Shown here: positions 17,231 through 27,509 of the stretch, piece after piece | Position numbering within the stretch: the first letter of the stretch is position 1 | How the letters are laid out: the number at the start of each line of letters is the position of its first letter | IMG/VR virus record: IMGVR_UViG_3300009790_002068 | Span: 1-64,000 of that record | Length of the DNA stretch: 64,000 bases | DNA from: a virus | Reading direction: 5' to 3' (one strand) | The notes under the pieces: generated by a model | Told to the model about the DNA's origin: nothing | What the model saw: only the letters and a program-made list of their open reading frames with translations | Databases searched by the model: none | Program-made: the position numbers and the translations under genes

Positions 17231-19882
17231 ATGTATGTAGACGCTTTCTTTGATCGTCAACGTGATAGAATTCACATAGTTGAACGAGACAAAAACCAAA
17301 ACAGACAATACCAAGAACATCAAGCAAAGTATGTAATGTACTATGATGACCCCAAGGGTAAGTTCAAAAGTATATATGGTAATCCTGTAAGTAGGATTCA
17401 ATGTCGAAGTAGTAAAGACTTTAGACGTGAGAAAGCTCTCCATGTGAATGTAAAAACATATGAAAGTGATATGAATCCTGTGTTTAGGTGTTTAGAAGAA
17501 AACTATCTTGGACAGGATGCTCCTAAACTACAAGTAGCATTTTTTGATATTGAGGTTGACTTTGATAAAGACAAAGGTTTTAGTCCACCTGAAGATCCAT
17601 TTAATCCAGTAACAGCAATTTCAGTATATCTACAATGGTGTGATCAACTTGTAACACTATTAACTCCGCCAAGACAAATGGCTAAAGAAGAAGTAGATAG
17701 AATATCTAGTAAGTTTGACAATACATTTGTATTTGAAAAAGAAGCAGACTTGTTAAAAACTTTCTTAGACTTAATTGAAGATGCTGATGTATTAAGTGGT
17801 TGGAATAGTGAAGGTTATGATATTCCTTATATGGTTAATCGTGTTACTCGTGTATTAAGCAAAGACGATACAAGACGTTTTTGTTTGTTTGGACAGTTTC
17901 CTAGAGAACGTAAGTTTGAAAGATTTGGTAAAGAACAAATTACATTTGACTTACTAGGTCGTGTACATATGGACTATATGCAACTGTATCGAAAATACAC
18001 CTACCATGAGATGCATTCTTATTCGTTAGATGCCATCAGTGAATATGAACTAGGTGAAACTAAAGTAGCTTATGAAGGAACATTAGATCAACTGTTTAAC
18101 AATGACTGGGAAAAGTTTATTGAATATTCTAGACAGGATACAATGCTACTTGATAAGCTAGATAAAAAATTAAGGTTTGCTGATTTAAGTAATGAACTTG
18201 CTCACTCTAATACTGTATTACTACAAACAACTATGGGTGCTGTGGCTGTTACAGAACAAGCAATTATTAATGAAGCACACGAACAAGGCTTTGTAGTTCC
18301 AGATAGAAAGAAGCACGAAGGCAATACACAGGCCGCTGGTGCTTATGTGGCATATCCTAAGAAGGGGTTACACGACTGGATTGGTGCTATTGATATTAAT
18401 TCACTATATCCAAGTGCCATTAGAGCATTGAATATGGACCCAGCAACTATTGTAGGGCAATTAAGACCAGACTATAGTGATGCTAATGTTAATGAAGCAA
18501 TGGGCAATAAGAAATCATTTGCTGAGGCTTGGGAAGGCAAGTTTGGTAGCACAGAATACCAAATGGTTATGGACCAAGACAAAGTAGATGAAATTGTTGT
18601 TGAATGGGAAAATGCTCCAAATGAAATATTAACAGGTGCTGAAATCTATAAGAAAATATTCTTAGGTAATGAGAAGTGGATGTTAAGTGCTAATGGTACA
18701 ATATTTACATACGAAACAAAAGGTATTATTCCAGGACTACTTGAACGTTGGTATAAAGAACGTCAAATAATGCAGAAAACAAAAAGCGAACAAACAACAC
18801 CAGAAGGTAAAGCATTCTGGGATAAAAGACAGCTAGTTAAAAAGATTAACCTAAATAGTTTATATGGTGCTATTCTTAATCCAGGTTGTAGATTCTTTGA
18901 TAAACGTATTGGACAAAGTACAACATTAACAGGTAGAACTATTGCTAAATTTATGAGTGCTAAAGTTAATGAAATTGTAACAGGTAAGTTTGATCACAGA
19001 GGTGAAAGTATTATATATGGTGATACAGACTCTGTGTATTTTAGTGCTTGGCCAGTAGTTAAAGATGCTGTAGAAAAGAAAGAAATGGAATGGGATAAAG
19101 ACGTTTGTGTTAAACTTTATGATAATATCTCAGATCAAATTAATGTAGCATTTCCAGAACATATGAAAGATGCTTTTCATTGTCCAAAAGAGAATGGTTT
19201 AATTATTCAAGGTGGTAGAGAGATTGTTGCTATTAAAGGTTTGTATATAACTAAGAAACGTTATGCCGCTTTGATATATGATTTAGAAGGTTCTCGTTTA
19301 GATCGTAATGGTCCAGGTAAAGTAAAAGCTATGGGATTAGATCTTAAACGTAGTGATACACCTAAAGTAATACAAGAGTTTTTAAGTGACATATTGTTAG
19401 GCGTATTAACAGGTGATGAAAGAGATACTGTAATTGAAAAGATTAGAAACTTCAAACAAGACTTTAAACACAGACCTGCTTGGGAAAAAGGTTCACCAAA
19501 ACGTTGTAACAACTTAACAAAGTTTACTGAAGCAGAAAGACGTGAGGGTAAAACAAATATGCCTGGACACGTTAGAGCAAGTATGAATTGGAATACATTG
19601 TGTAAAATGAATCACGACAAGTATAGTGGTGAAATTATGGATGGACAGAAAGTTATTGTTTGTAAGTTAAGACCAAATCCATTAGGAATGAAAAGTGTAG
19701 CATATCCAACAGATCAATTACACTTACCTAAATGGTTTAAAGAATTACCATTTGATGATAGTGAAATGGAACAAACAGTAATAAGCAACAAAGTAGACAA
19801 CTTATTAGGTGTACTTGATTGGGATTTAGTTAGTGATACTGATACCTCAACTACATTTGATGATTTGTTTAGCTTTAATTAG
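17231..19882 (+). CDS. family B DNA polymerase with 3'-5' exonuclease
   Basis: FDIE, GWNSEGYD, DINSLYPS, KxxxNSLYG, YGDTDS, KKRY. Confidence 0.97.
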   Translation: MYVDAFFDRQRDRIHIVERDKNQNRQYQEHQAKYVMYYDDPKGKFKSIYGNPVSRIQCRSSKDFRREKALHVNVKTYESDMNPVFRCLEENYLGQDAPKLQVAFFDIEVDFDKDKGFSPPEDPFNPVTAISVYLQWCDQLVTLLTPPRQMAKEEVDRISSKFDNTFVFEKEADLLKTFLDLIEDADVLSGWNSEGYDIPYMVNRVTRVLSKDDTRRFCLFGQFPRERKFERFGKEQITFDLLGRVHMDYMQLYRKYTYHEMHSYSLDAISEYELGETKVAYEGTLDQLFNNDWEKFIEYSRQDTMLLDKLDKKLRFADLSNELAHSNTVLLQTTMGAVAVTEQAIINEAHEQGFVVPDRKKHEGNTQAAGAYVAYPKKGLHDWIGAIDINSLYPSAIRALNMDPATIVGQLRPDYSDANVNEAMGNKKSFAEAWEGKFGSTEYQMVMDQDKVDEIVVEWENAPNEILTGAEIYKKIFLGNEKWMLSANGTIFTYETKGIIPGLLERWYKERQIMQKTKSEQTTPEGKAFWDKRQLVKKINLNSLYGAILNPGCRFFDKRIGQSTTLTGRTIAKFMSAKVNEIVTGKFDHRGESIIYGDTDSVYFSAWPVVKDAVEKKEMEWDKDVCVKLYDNISDQINVAFPEHMKDAFHCPKENGLIIQGGREIVAIKGLYITKKRYAALIYDLEGSRLDRNGPGKVKAMGLDLKRSDTPKVIQEFLSDILLGVLTGDERDTVIEKIRNFKQDFKHRPAWEKGSPKRCNNLTKFTEAERREGKTNMPGHVRASMNWNTLCKMNHDKYSGEIMDGQKVIVCKLRPNPLGMKSVAYPTDQLHLPKWFKELPFDDSEMEQTVISNKVDNLLGVLDWDLVSDTDTSTTFDDLFSFN

Positions 19883-19889
19883 GAGATAT

Positions 19890-20621
19890 ATGAAAGTAAG
19901 TGTAACAGGTAGTAGAGGATTTATAGGCAGTAGGCTTGTAGAACTCTTAAAAGAATCTGGACACGAAGTAGTAGAATGGGACAAGCTAATTAGCGAAGAT
20001 CATGATATAGCTAATTGGAGACCCGAAGACTGTGACGTGTTAATTCATTTGGCAGGATTAGCCAATGTAAGAAAAAGTTTAGAACAACCTGAGGAATACT
20101 GGTATACAAATGTTGAGTTAAGTAAGAGCTTATTCTTTTTAGCATTGTCAAGTAATATGAGAGTAATATATGCTAGTAGCTCTTGTGCTAAACGTTGGTG
20201 GTTATCTCCTTACGGTACAAGTAAGAAAGCAATGGAATCGATAGCACCGCCTAGAAGTTTAGGTATGAGATTTACAACTGTATACGGACCTGGTAGTAGA
20301 AAAGATATGTTAATAGGTCGTATAAGAGATAACAAGTTAGAATATGTTACAGATCATACTAGGGACTTTATTCACGTAGATGATGTGTGTAGTGCTATTA
20401 TAAAAAACCTAAATAACACTATACTATCTGGTGTAATTGATGTAGGTACTGGTGTTGGTACTAGTGTTCAAGAACTATCACAAATAGCTGGAATGGAAGT
20501 TCCATTAAAAGAAGGCGAACCTTGTGAAGCATCAGAAAATGTAGCAGATACAAGACCTTTACTTGCTACAGGCTGGAAGCCTAAATACAATGTAAAGGAT
20601 TATGTGGAATCAATAATATGA
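19890..20621 (+). CDS. NAD-dependent epimerase/dehydratase
   Basis: TGSRGFIG, HLAG, YASSS, YGTSK, RDFIHVDD; AGGAG RBS before ATG 19890. Confidence 0.9.
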   Translation: MKVSVTGSRGFIGSRLVELLKESGHEVVEWDKLISEDHDIANWRPEDCDVLIHLAGLANVRKSLEQPEEYWYTNVELSKSLFFLALSSNMRVIYASSSCAKRWWLSPYGTSKKAMESIAPPRSLGMRFTTVYGPGSRKDMLIGRIRDNKLEYVTDHTRDFIHVDDVCSAIIKNLNNTILSGVIDVGTGVGTSVQELSQIAGMEVPLKEGEPCEASENVADTRPLLATGWKPKYNVKDYVESII

Positions 20622-21409
20622 AATTTATAGTAGCAGGATATGGATTTGTTGGAAGTGCTATAGGTGATTTACTAGCTAAAAATCACGAAGTAATTCCAGT
20701 TGATCCTAGACTTAATAAAAATAAAATAGAAGATCACATACACAGTTCCGATGGATTGATAATTGCTGTTAGCACACCAGAAGGAACAGATGGTAAGTGT
20801 GATGTATCAAATGTTTGGAATGTTTTACAACAAGTTCGTTGGCCAAAAGACTATGAAGCTAACTTTGAATATCAAATTCCAATATTAATTAAAAGTACAG
20901 TACCTTGGACAGAGTTGGCTAATATGGAAAGGTTTAAGGTAACATACTATCCAGAGTTTTTGAGAGAAGCAACGGCTAAAGAAGATTTTGTTAACCAGAA
21001 GTATTGTATACTTGGAGGTGAGGACACAACGTTTTGGACTGACTTACTTTACAAATCTTTACCTTTAGTCAAACATATTCACAACTGTACAATAGAAGAA
21101 GCAAGTATTGTAAAGTATATGGCTAATAGTTTTCTAGCAACAAAGCTAACGTTCTTTAATGAACTGTTTGAACTATGTAGCAAAACAGGAGCCAATTACG
21201 ATACAGTAAGCAACTTATTGGGATTGGATACAAGAATTGGAACAGGTCATACTACAGTACCTGGGCCAGACGGCAAATATGGTTGGGGAGGTCATTGTTT
21301 TCCAAAAGACACCCAAGCATTACTAACTGTAGCGAAAGATTTAGATGTCAATCTTTCGTTATTAAAATCGGCGATTGAATCGAATAAAAATCACCGAAAA
21401 AAGACTTGA
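20618..21409 (+). CDS. UDP-glucose/GDP-mannose dehydrogenase family protein lacking the C-terminal domain
   Basis: GYGFVG, IKSTV, PEFLRE, KYxxNSFLA, GGHCFPKD. Confidence 0.9.
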   Translation: MKFIVAGYGFVGSAIGDLLAKNHEVIPVDPRLNKNKIEDHIHSSDGLIIAVSTPEGTDGKCDVSNVWNVLQQVRWPKDYEANFEYQIPILIKSTVPWTELANMERFKVTYYPEFLREATAKEDFVNQKYCILGGEDTTFWTDLLYKSLPLVKHIHNCTIEEASIVKYMANSFLATKLTFFNELFELCSKTGANYDTVSNLLGLDTRIGTGHTTVPGPDGKYGWGGHCFPKDTQALLTVAKDLDVNLSLLKSAIESNKNHRKKT

Positions 21410-21435
21410 CATATAGGCATGGTTTAAGTTATAAT
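21406..21435 (+). promoter_or_regulatory. sigma70-type promoter
   Basis: TTGACA-18 nt-TATAAT. Confidence 0.7.
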
Positions 21436-21458
21436 ATAGGCATGAATGGAGAAAATCA

Positions 21459-22190
21459 ATGAAAGATTATTTACAAGATATAGTGTTACATACACACGGA
21501 CTAGGTTTTATTGATCTAGTTAAGATTGAAGGCACTGACGAGGCAACAACATTAGAAGGTTTAGCAGAAGACCGTAGTGTTATTGTTAAAGCAACCTTTA
21601 AAAATACAGTAGCAGAGTTTATAGGTACGTTTGGTATGCCAAACTTAAACAAGTTAGACTTGCTATTGAAAATACCAGTTTACAAAGATAAAGCTAAACT
21701 AGAATTGTTACGTCAAGAACGTAATGGTACAGATGTTCCAGTAGGAATTCATTTTGAAAACGAAACAGGTGACTTTAAAAATGATTATCGTTTTATGACA
21801 AGCGAGATTATTAATGAGAAACTAAAGTCAGTTAAGTTTAAAGGTGTTGAATGGAATGTAACTGTACAGCCAACTGTAGCATCAATACAACGTTTGGCAT
21901 ATCAGGCTCAAGTTCATGCTGAAGAAACAACATTTATTGCTAAAACAGAAGATGGACATCTTAAGTTTTACTTTGGTGATCATTCTACTCATGCTGGTAA
22001 CTTTGTATTCCAACCAGATGTAGAAGGTAAAATGACACATGGTTGGGCATGGCCTGTATTACAATTACAACAAATTCTAAAACTGCCAGGTGATAAAACT
22101 ATGATGTTTAGTGATCAGGGTGCCGCTCAAATTAATGTTGATAGTGGTATTGCTGTTTACGAATATATTCTTCCAGCACAGAGCAAGTAA
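21459..22190 (+). CDS. putative DNA polymerase sliding clamp (gp45/PCNA-like)
   Basis: 243 aa, two-domain alpha/beta pattern, C-terminal YEYILPA, position near the polymerase; inference without an HMM. Confidence 0.55.
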   Translation: MKDYLQDIVLHTHGLGFIDLVKIEGTDEATTLEGLAEDRSVIVKATFKNTVAEFIGTFGMPNLNKLDLLLKIPVYKDKAKLELLRQERNGTDVPVGIHFENETGDFKNDYRFMTSEIINEKLKSVKFKGVEWNVTVQPTVASIQRLAYQAQVHAEETTFIAKTEDGHLKFYFGDHSTHAGNFVFQPDVEGKMTHGWAWPVLQLQQILKLPGDKTMMFSDQGAAQINVDSGIAVYEYILPAQSK

Positions 22191-22195
22191 GTACT

Positions 22196-23659
22196 ATGAG
22201 TGACTTACCCACTAATCTAACAGAATCACAAAAAGATTATGCTATCTTTTTGCCTGCTTTAAGCTCGTTTTATTCTACGTTTGTTGGTAAGCAACGTTAC
22301 GAAGAATACACAGCCAACAATAGAATTCCATCTAATATGAATGGACTTGTTGAAAGTGGCAACTGGTTAGAACCAGCGGCCGGCTTATGGCAATATAAAT
22401 GGAGCCTATACTCGGCAGGACACGCCAATTTAGATATTGGACAAGTACCAAAAGAAGATATGACCAGGAACAGAGACCGTGACAACAGTTGGTTGTTAGG
22501 TGACTCAGGTGGCTTCCAAATTGGTAAAGGTAAGTGGGAAGGTGACTGGAGAGCTAATAGCGGTTGTGCTAAAGCACAAAAGAAACGTGAACAAGTGTTG
22601 GCATGGATGGACGAGTACATGGACTATGGAATGGTACTTGATATTCCAGCCTGGGTATCACGTTCTCCAGAAGGTGCTAAAGCTAGTAATATTAGTTCCT
22701 ATCAAGAGGCTGTAGAAGGCACAAAATTTAATAACGAATACTTTATTAAAAATCGTAACGGTAACTGTAAGTTCTTAAATGTATTACAAGGTGAGAACTT
22801 TGCTCAAGCAGATGACTGGTACGAACAAATGAAACACTTCAGTGATCCTAAAGTTTATCCAGACAATCATTTTAATGGTTGGTCAATGGGTGGACAGAAT
22901 ATGTGTGATATACATCTAGCATTGAAACGTTTAGTAACATTACGTTTTGATGGTTTACTTGAACAAGGTAAACAAGACTTCATGCATTTCTTAGGAACTT
23001 CTAAATTAGAATGGGGTGTTATGTTAACTGCCGTCCAACGAGCTGTACGAAAATATCACAATCCAAGTTTTACAATAACTTATGATTGTGCTTCTCCGTT
23101 CTTATGTACAGCTAATGGACAGCAATATACTAATTGGCGTTTGGATCACAAAGGTAAATGGTCTTACATTATGGAGCCTGCTCCAGATGATAAAGGCTTT
23201 GCTCAAGATACAAGACCTTGGGATGAAGAGTGTGAGAAACATCATACAAACTGGTTTCCTAGCCCACTATCAGAGGGACTGAAAGTTAATGATGTTTGTA
23301 TATATGCTCCAGGTGATACAAACAAAAATAATAAAGAAGGCAAGACAAGTTGGGATAGCTTTAGCTATTTCTTAATGATGAATCATAATGTGTACACACA
23401 TATTAGATCAGTACAAGAAGGCAATAAAGCAATGGACTCTGGTTCATATCCTGCTTGGCTTGTTAATGAAACGATCACACGTGAATCAGTAGCAGAAGCA
23501 ATAGATCAAGTATTTGCTATTGACAATCGTGACGAGGCATTAGCCTTTATAGATCACAATACAAAACTTTGGATGAGAGTTCCTGGTACAAGAGGTGCTA
23601 TAGGTAAGAAGACAATTAATGCTTCATCTCAATTCAATGCTTTATTCGAGGAGGAATAA
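22196..23659 (+). CDS. TGT-fold transglycosylase, DpdA-like (7-deazaguanine insertion)
   Basis: DSGGFQ, MVLDIP, NVLQG, MHFLG and TYDCASP correspond to TGT/DpdA motifs. Confidence 0.8.
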   Translation: MSDLPTNLTESQKDYAIFLPALSSFYSTFVGKQRYEEYTANNRIPSNMNGLVESGNWLEPAAGLWQYKWSLYSAGHANLDIGQVPKEDMTRNRDRDNSWLLGDSGGFQIGKGKWEGDWRANSGCAKAQKKREQVLAWMDEYMDYGMVLDIPAWVSRSPEGAKASNISSYQEAVEGTKFNNEYFIKNRNGNCKFLNVLQGENFAQADDWYEQMKHFSDPKVYPDNHFNGWSMGGQNMCDIHLALKRLVTLRFDGLLEQGKQDFMHFLGTSKLEWGVMLTAVQRAVRKYHNPSFTITYDCASPFLCTANGQQYTNWRLDHKGKWSYIMEPAPDDKGFAQDTRPWDEECEKHHTNWFPSPLSEGLKVNDVCIYAPGDTNKNNKEGKTSWDSFSYFLMMNHNVYTHIRSVQEGNKAMDSGSYPAWLVNETITRESVAEAIDQVFAIDNRDEALAFIDHNTKLWMRVPGTRGAIGKKTINASSQFNALFEEE

Positions 23660-23856
23660 TGATAATGGCAACTGGCAGAAACACTAAAAAAGCTAAAAAG
23701 TTATCAGCAGTTTTTGATCACTTTAGTAAAAAAGAAATAGACAATATGACTACTGAAAAGAAAGATCAGTGGAATCGCTATTTTGAGAAAGGTGGTAAAA
23801 TTGAAAAACTACCTTCTCATATAACAAAAGATATGTTAGAAAAATGGAAGTTTTAA
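23659..23856 (+). CDS. hypothetical protein
   Basis: GAGGAGG RBS; YFEKGGKIEKLP segment. Confidence 0.6.
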   Translation: MIMATGRNTKKAKKLSAVFDHFSKKEIDNMTTEKKDQWNRYFEKGGKIEKLPSHITKDMLEKWKF

Positions 23857-24378
23857 GTGAAACGTGAGTATTCAGGTACAGTTAAAAACAATGTAAACCT
23901 TTTTGTAGGCACAGAAGTTGAAAAGACTATTGCTTATGAAAAACGTACATTATTTGTAGTTGGTATTCAAAATATTGATTATCTAGAGAAAGTATACGAA
24001 CAAGAAAAGTGTGAACACATATTCTTTGGTGCTAACCATTCTTTAAGATCACGTGATGGTGACTGGGAAAGGTGGGAATCAATGATTACACATTTTCTTA
24101 AGAAAGGTATATTATGTTCTCTAGATATTCCATACGAAGGTTCAAGTTATATACTTGATACGGCAGTAGTTAAGTATGATAATTTCATTCCACAATTAAG
24201 AGTACCTATTCCACACATTCAAGAATGGCCTGCTAATACTATGGTTAAGATTGATGATATAGGTTATGACCAAACTAATCCCGGTGTATGGTGTCACAGT
24301 TTAGAAGACTTAATGGATGGCAACAAATTTACTTGTTGGGACAGATACACTAAAGACAAGGAGATTGAAAATGAGTAA
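23857..24378 (+). CDS. hypothetical protein within the deazaguanine cluster
   Basis: globular ORF (GTEVE, TLFVVG, HIFFGANHS, NPGVWCH). Confidence 0.7.
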   Translation: MKREYSGTVKNNVNLFVGTEVEKTIAYEKRTLFVVGIQNIDYLEKVYEQEKCEHIFFGANHSLRSRDGDWERWESMITHFLKKGILCSLDIPYEGSSYILDTAVVKYDNFIPQLRVPIPHIQEWPANTMVKIDDIGYDQTNPGVWCHSLEDLMDGNKFTCWDRYTKDKEIENE

Positions 24379-24568
24379 AGTAAAAACTCGAATTAGAAGT
24401 TTACAAGAAAAGCATAAAGAACTTGATCGTCTAACAACAGACGCTGAACAAGAACGTAATGCTGATCGATCAACTAAAGGCAAATGGAATTTAGTAGAAC
24501 TTAAAAAAGAAAAGTTGGCAATTAGAGACGAAATTAATCGTTTAAGATTATCGGAGAAAGACGACTAG
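24371..24568 (+). CDS. DUF465/YdcH-like coiled-coil protein
   Basis: L.EKH.ELD ... LKKEKL.IRDEI pattern. Confidence 0.6.
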   Translation: MSKVKTRIRSLQEKHKELDRLTTDAEQERNADRSTKGKWNLVELKKEKLAIRDEINRLRLSEKDD

Positions 24569-24576
24569 GTACATAA

Positions 24577-24882
24577 ATGAGTATGTATATGAAAGTCCGT
24601 AAGATAGATAATCGTAACAAACTATACGGCGAGTTTGACTATCAAATAAGAGTTCCAGTAAATATGTTTTTAGAAATTAGAGCTTGGTGTTGGGAAACTT
24701 GGGGACCTTCAATAGAATACTTTTGGTATAATGATTACCGAAGAAGTTATGAATGTAATAGTAGTTGGTGCTTTGATACAGGATATTCAAACACTAGATT
24801 AAGAACAGGTATAATATACCTAGCAACTGACGTAGAAATAAATCTATTCTATTTAAAGTTTGGAAACAGAAAGAATAGATGA
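24577..24882 (+). CDS. hypothetical phage protein
   Basis: WCWETWG..., F.LKFG pattern. Confidence 0.6.
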   Translation: MSMYMKVRKIDNRNKLYGEFDYQIRVPVNMFLEIRAWCWETWGPSIEYFWYNDYRRSYECNSSWCFDTGYSNTRLRTGIIYLATDVEINLFYLKFGNRKNR

Positions 24883-25217
24883 GCTGTTTATCTTTATTAG
24901 TAGCATTGTCGTTACACGTCGGCCTTGAAGGAAATTACAATAATTTTCACCCTCACGCCAGATGTCAAGTAGACAATCAATTATATGGAGTATACTATAA
25001 TAGTGAAGAAACAATTTCAGCTTATGGTGGATTGGAATTTAATGCTCCATTTGAAAGTACACTTGAGGTTGGTTTGGTAACAGGTTACTCTGGAGCACCG
25101 GTTGTTCCAATGGCACGATTAACTAAAGACAATTGGTTTGTTGCTCCGTCATATGAAGTAGCACCTGGTGATAATAATTGGGGGATAACTTTTGGATATG
25201 AATTCAAAATATGGTAA
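24879..25217 (+). CDS. small beta-barrel outer-membrane-like protein
   Basis: hydrophobic N-terminus, alternating aromatic strands, ends FGYEFKIW. Confidence 0.5.
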   Translation: MSCLSLLVALSLHVGLEGNYNNFHPHARCQVDNQLYGVYYNSEETISAYGGLEFNAPFESTLEVGLVTGYSGAPVVPMARLTKDNWFVAPSYEVAPGDNNWGITFGYEFKIW

Positions 25218-25225
25218 CATAAAGG

Positions 25226-25254
25226 TTGACATTTGTATTACAATTTAGTATACT
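25226..25254 (+). promoter_or_regulatory. sigma70-type promoter
   Basis: TTGACA-17 nt-TATACT. Confidence 0.75.
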
Positions 25255-25261
25255 ATAGACA

Positions 25262-25435
25262 ATGAAACGTAAAGTATCAAAAAAAGAAACAACTCAAGAA
25301 CAATGGCTTAAAGGCTATTGGAAATGGAAAAATAAGAATTTAATACACATAGCAGATGACGGAACAGTAGTTGAACACAAAGATTGGGTTTGGTTACAAG
25401 AACATAAAAAGAAAAACAAAAAGCGAGGGAAATAA
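25262..25435 (+). CDS. 57-aa basic protein (absent from the ORF track)
   Basis: MKRKVSKKETTQEQWLKGYWKWK...; its stop overlaps the next ATG (TAATG). Confidence 0.6.
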   Translation: MKRKVSKKETTQEQWLKGYWKWKNKNLIHIADDGTVVEHKDWVWLQEHKKKNKKRGK

Positions 25436-25911
25436 TGGAATCACAGATGAGACAAGTAGCAATGGCAGAAACCAGTAGCGACATTAAACAAAAAGCTAAA
25501 AAAATGGTCTGGGTTACGTTTAAAAAGGAAGGTATTCATAAATACCCTGCGGCATTGGACGATCCAAAGCTGGCAACAGGAGATTGGGACGATGTATCGT
25601 TTCTTGGCTATCCTCACCGTCATATTTTTCATTTCAGGGTGTGGATCGAAGTGTTCCACGACGATAGAGATATCGAATTCATCCAGTTCAAAAGATGGCT
25701 CGAAAGACTCTACTCTACAGGAACAAGTAGTAACGGAGATAAAGGAGAGGGCTCAGCCGACTCTGAAGTGCTCCTACTAGACTACAAATCATGTGAAATG
25801 ATTTCAGACGAACTTTTTGACAAAATTACTGAACGCTATCCAGGTCGTTCAGTTTGGATCGAAGTCTCCGAAGATGGAGAGAACGGTTCTTTTATTCCTT
25901 ACAACATATGA
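25435..25911 (+). CDS. QueD-paralogous T-fold protein, DpdL-like (putative CDG decarboxylase)
   Basis: LGYPHRHIF fits LxxxHRHxF; SCEM and EVSEDGENG T-fold elements. Confidence 0.7.
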   Translation: MESQMRQVAMAETSSDIKQKAKKMVWVTFKKEGIHKYPAALDDPKLATGDWDDVSFLGYPHRHIFHFRVWIEVFHDDRDIEFIQFKRWLERLYSTGTSSNGDKGEGSADSEVLLLDYKSCEMISDELFDKITERYPGRSVWIEVSEDGENGSFIPYNI

Positions 25912-25930
25912 TAGACAAAGGATTTAAAAA

Positions 25931-26149
25931 ATGGAAAAGCAAGTTGAACAGGTCTTCAGTGACCTCGATGGATACAAACGATTCTGTATTCAATTTGGCT
26001 GGGTATTTAACGAAGCAGACTTGTACAATAGTAACAAAAAGTCTTACAAAAGCTATATGGACTTTAAAGAAGGTAAAAGGGTTCCTAACAACTGGGTTAA
26101 GGACCAAAAAAACATTGGTAAACGTAAATGGATTATAAAAAAGAAATAG
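25931..26149 (+). CDS. hypothetical protein
   Basis: AAAGGA RBS; DLD.Y..FC..FG.VFNEADLY. Confidence 0.65.
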   Translation: MEKQVEQVFSDLDGYKRFCIQFGWVFNEADLYNSNKKSYKSYMDFKEGKRVPNNWVKDQKNIGKRKWIIKKK

Positions 26150-26412
26150 TGCTGGATATTTCTAAATACAGTAATAGACATCCATGGAATACAGATGCCC
26201 AAGGTAATAGCATTGAGGGAGGTGCCCTTAATGCCAATTATACATTAGTTGATGCTGTTGGTAACGTATGTAACCAACTAGGTAAACATGGTTATACATA
26301 TGGCAAAGACTTTGTATGGGACGATAATGCTTGGACAGATGATATGGACGATGCTATATCAGTCAAGTATAATGATCCTAAAATAGAAACTTTATTAGGT
26401 ATAAAAGGATGA
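26128..26412 (+). CDS. hypothetical protein
   Basis: overlapping ORF within the operon. Confidence 0.55.
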   Translation: MDYKKEIVLDISKYSNRHPWNTDAQGNSIEGGALNANYTLVDAVGNVCNQLGKHGYTYGKDFVWDDNAWTDDMDDAISVKYNDPKIETLLGIKG

Positions 26413-27476
26413 CAGTATACATTGTAGACATTGAGGCTGTAGATACTCGTTACACTAAACAGTGGAAAGAGCATTTACCTAAACAACTAGGTGAACACTA
26501 TAACGGCGGCGATGTTGTAGTAATTAGTGGAGGAGAAACTCCACAAGCAACTACACCAGGTGCTTTTTTAAACTTTGGTGGAACAAATGTTTACAAGTCT
26601 AATCAATTAGAACAAATTGGTACTATGTTTTGTGAAGGTAAAATCAAAGATGGTGATTACTTTTTATATACAGATGCTTGGAATCCTACAGTAATACAGT
26701 TAAAGTATATGGCGTCATTACTTGGTGTTGATATTAGAATTGGTGGTATGTGGCACGCCGGCAGTTATGATCCACAAGACTTCTTAGGTAGACTAATTGG
26801 AGATGCTTCGTGGGTTAGAAATGCTGAAATGAGTATGTATGAATGTTATGATGATAATTTCTTTGCTACAAAGTTTCATATTGATTTATTTACAAATACA
26901 TTTTGGAATGATGACAGAGATATAGATAGACAACTGTTACACAGTATTAAACAAGTTGGTTGGCCTATGGAGTATTTAAAAGAAACTCTTGAGCCATATA
27001 AAGGTGCTCCAAAATATAATACTATTGTATTCCCACACAGAGTAGCACCAGAAAAACAACCAGAAATTTTTAAAGATTTGGCAGAGAGTATGCCACAATA
27101 TAATTGGGTAATAGCACAAGACAAGCAATTATCTAAAGATGAATACCATAAACTACTAGCTACAAGTAAATTAGTCTTTAGTGCTAATTTACAAGAAACA
27201 TTAGGTATAAGCTGGTACGAGGGTTCTTTGGTAGGTACACTACCATTAGTACCCGACAGGTTAAGTTACAGTGAAATGGCGACACCTGATGTATTATATC
27301 CTAGCGAATGGACAGAGTCGTGGGATAGTTACATAAAACATAAAGACAAGCTAATAGCACATATTGATAAAATGATGACACTAAATGATTATGAATCAGT
27401 ATGTGATCAATTAGCAAAGAAAGTAGATAAGTTTTTTGATGGCAAAAGACTTTATGAAGCAACAGAAACCTTTTAA
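26409..27476 (+). CDS. GT-B (GT4-like) glycosyltransferase
   Basis: FPHRVAPEKQPE and ETLGISWYE (Ex7E) motifs, LVPDRLSY.E. Confidence 0.8.
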   Translation: MTVYIVDIEAVDTRYTKQWKEHLPKQLGEHYNGGDVVVISGGETPQATTPGAFLNFGGTNVYKSNQLEQIGTMFCEGKIKDGDYFLYTDAWNPTVIQLKYMASLLGVDIRIGGMWHAGSYDPQDFLGRLIGDASWVRNAEMSMYECYDDNFFATKFHIDLFTNTFWNDDRDIDRQLLHSIKQVGWPMEYLKETLEPYKGAPKYNTIVFPHRVAPEKQPEIFKDLAESMPQYNWVIAQDKQLSKDEYHKLLATSKLVFSANLQETLGISWYEGSLVGTLPLVPDRLSYSEMATPDVLYPSEWTESWDSYIKHKDKLIAHIDKMMTLNDYESVCDQLAKKVDKFFDGKRLYEATETF

Positions 27477-27477
27477 T

Positions 27478-27503
27478 GGCAATCCACTGCCTTAACATCG
27501 GAG
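27478..27503 (+). promoter_or_regulatory. candidate RBS-sequestering pseudoknot upstream of folE
   Basis: stem GGCA/TGCC, loop ATCCAC, linker TTAACATC; loop TCC can pair with GGA of the GGAG RBS. Confidence 0.45.
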
Positions 27504-27509
27504 TAATAA

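Noticed and set aside
18440-18710. Possible intein or intron in the DNA polymerase between motif A and the following conserved block
   Set aside because: The insert is short and in frame, with no intein splice-junction residues or homing-endonuclease motif; it looks like a lineage-specific subdomain
22196-23659. Calling the gene tgt (tRNA queuosine insertion)
   Set aside because: It lacks the CxCxxC Zn site of canonical bacterial TGT, sits in the replication module, and none of the five tRNAs here has a GUN anticodon
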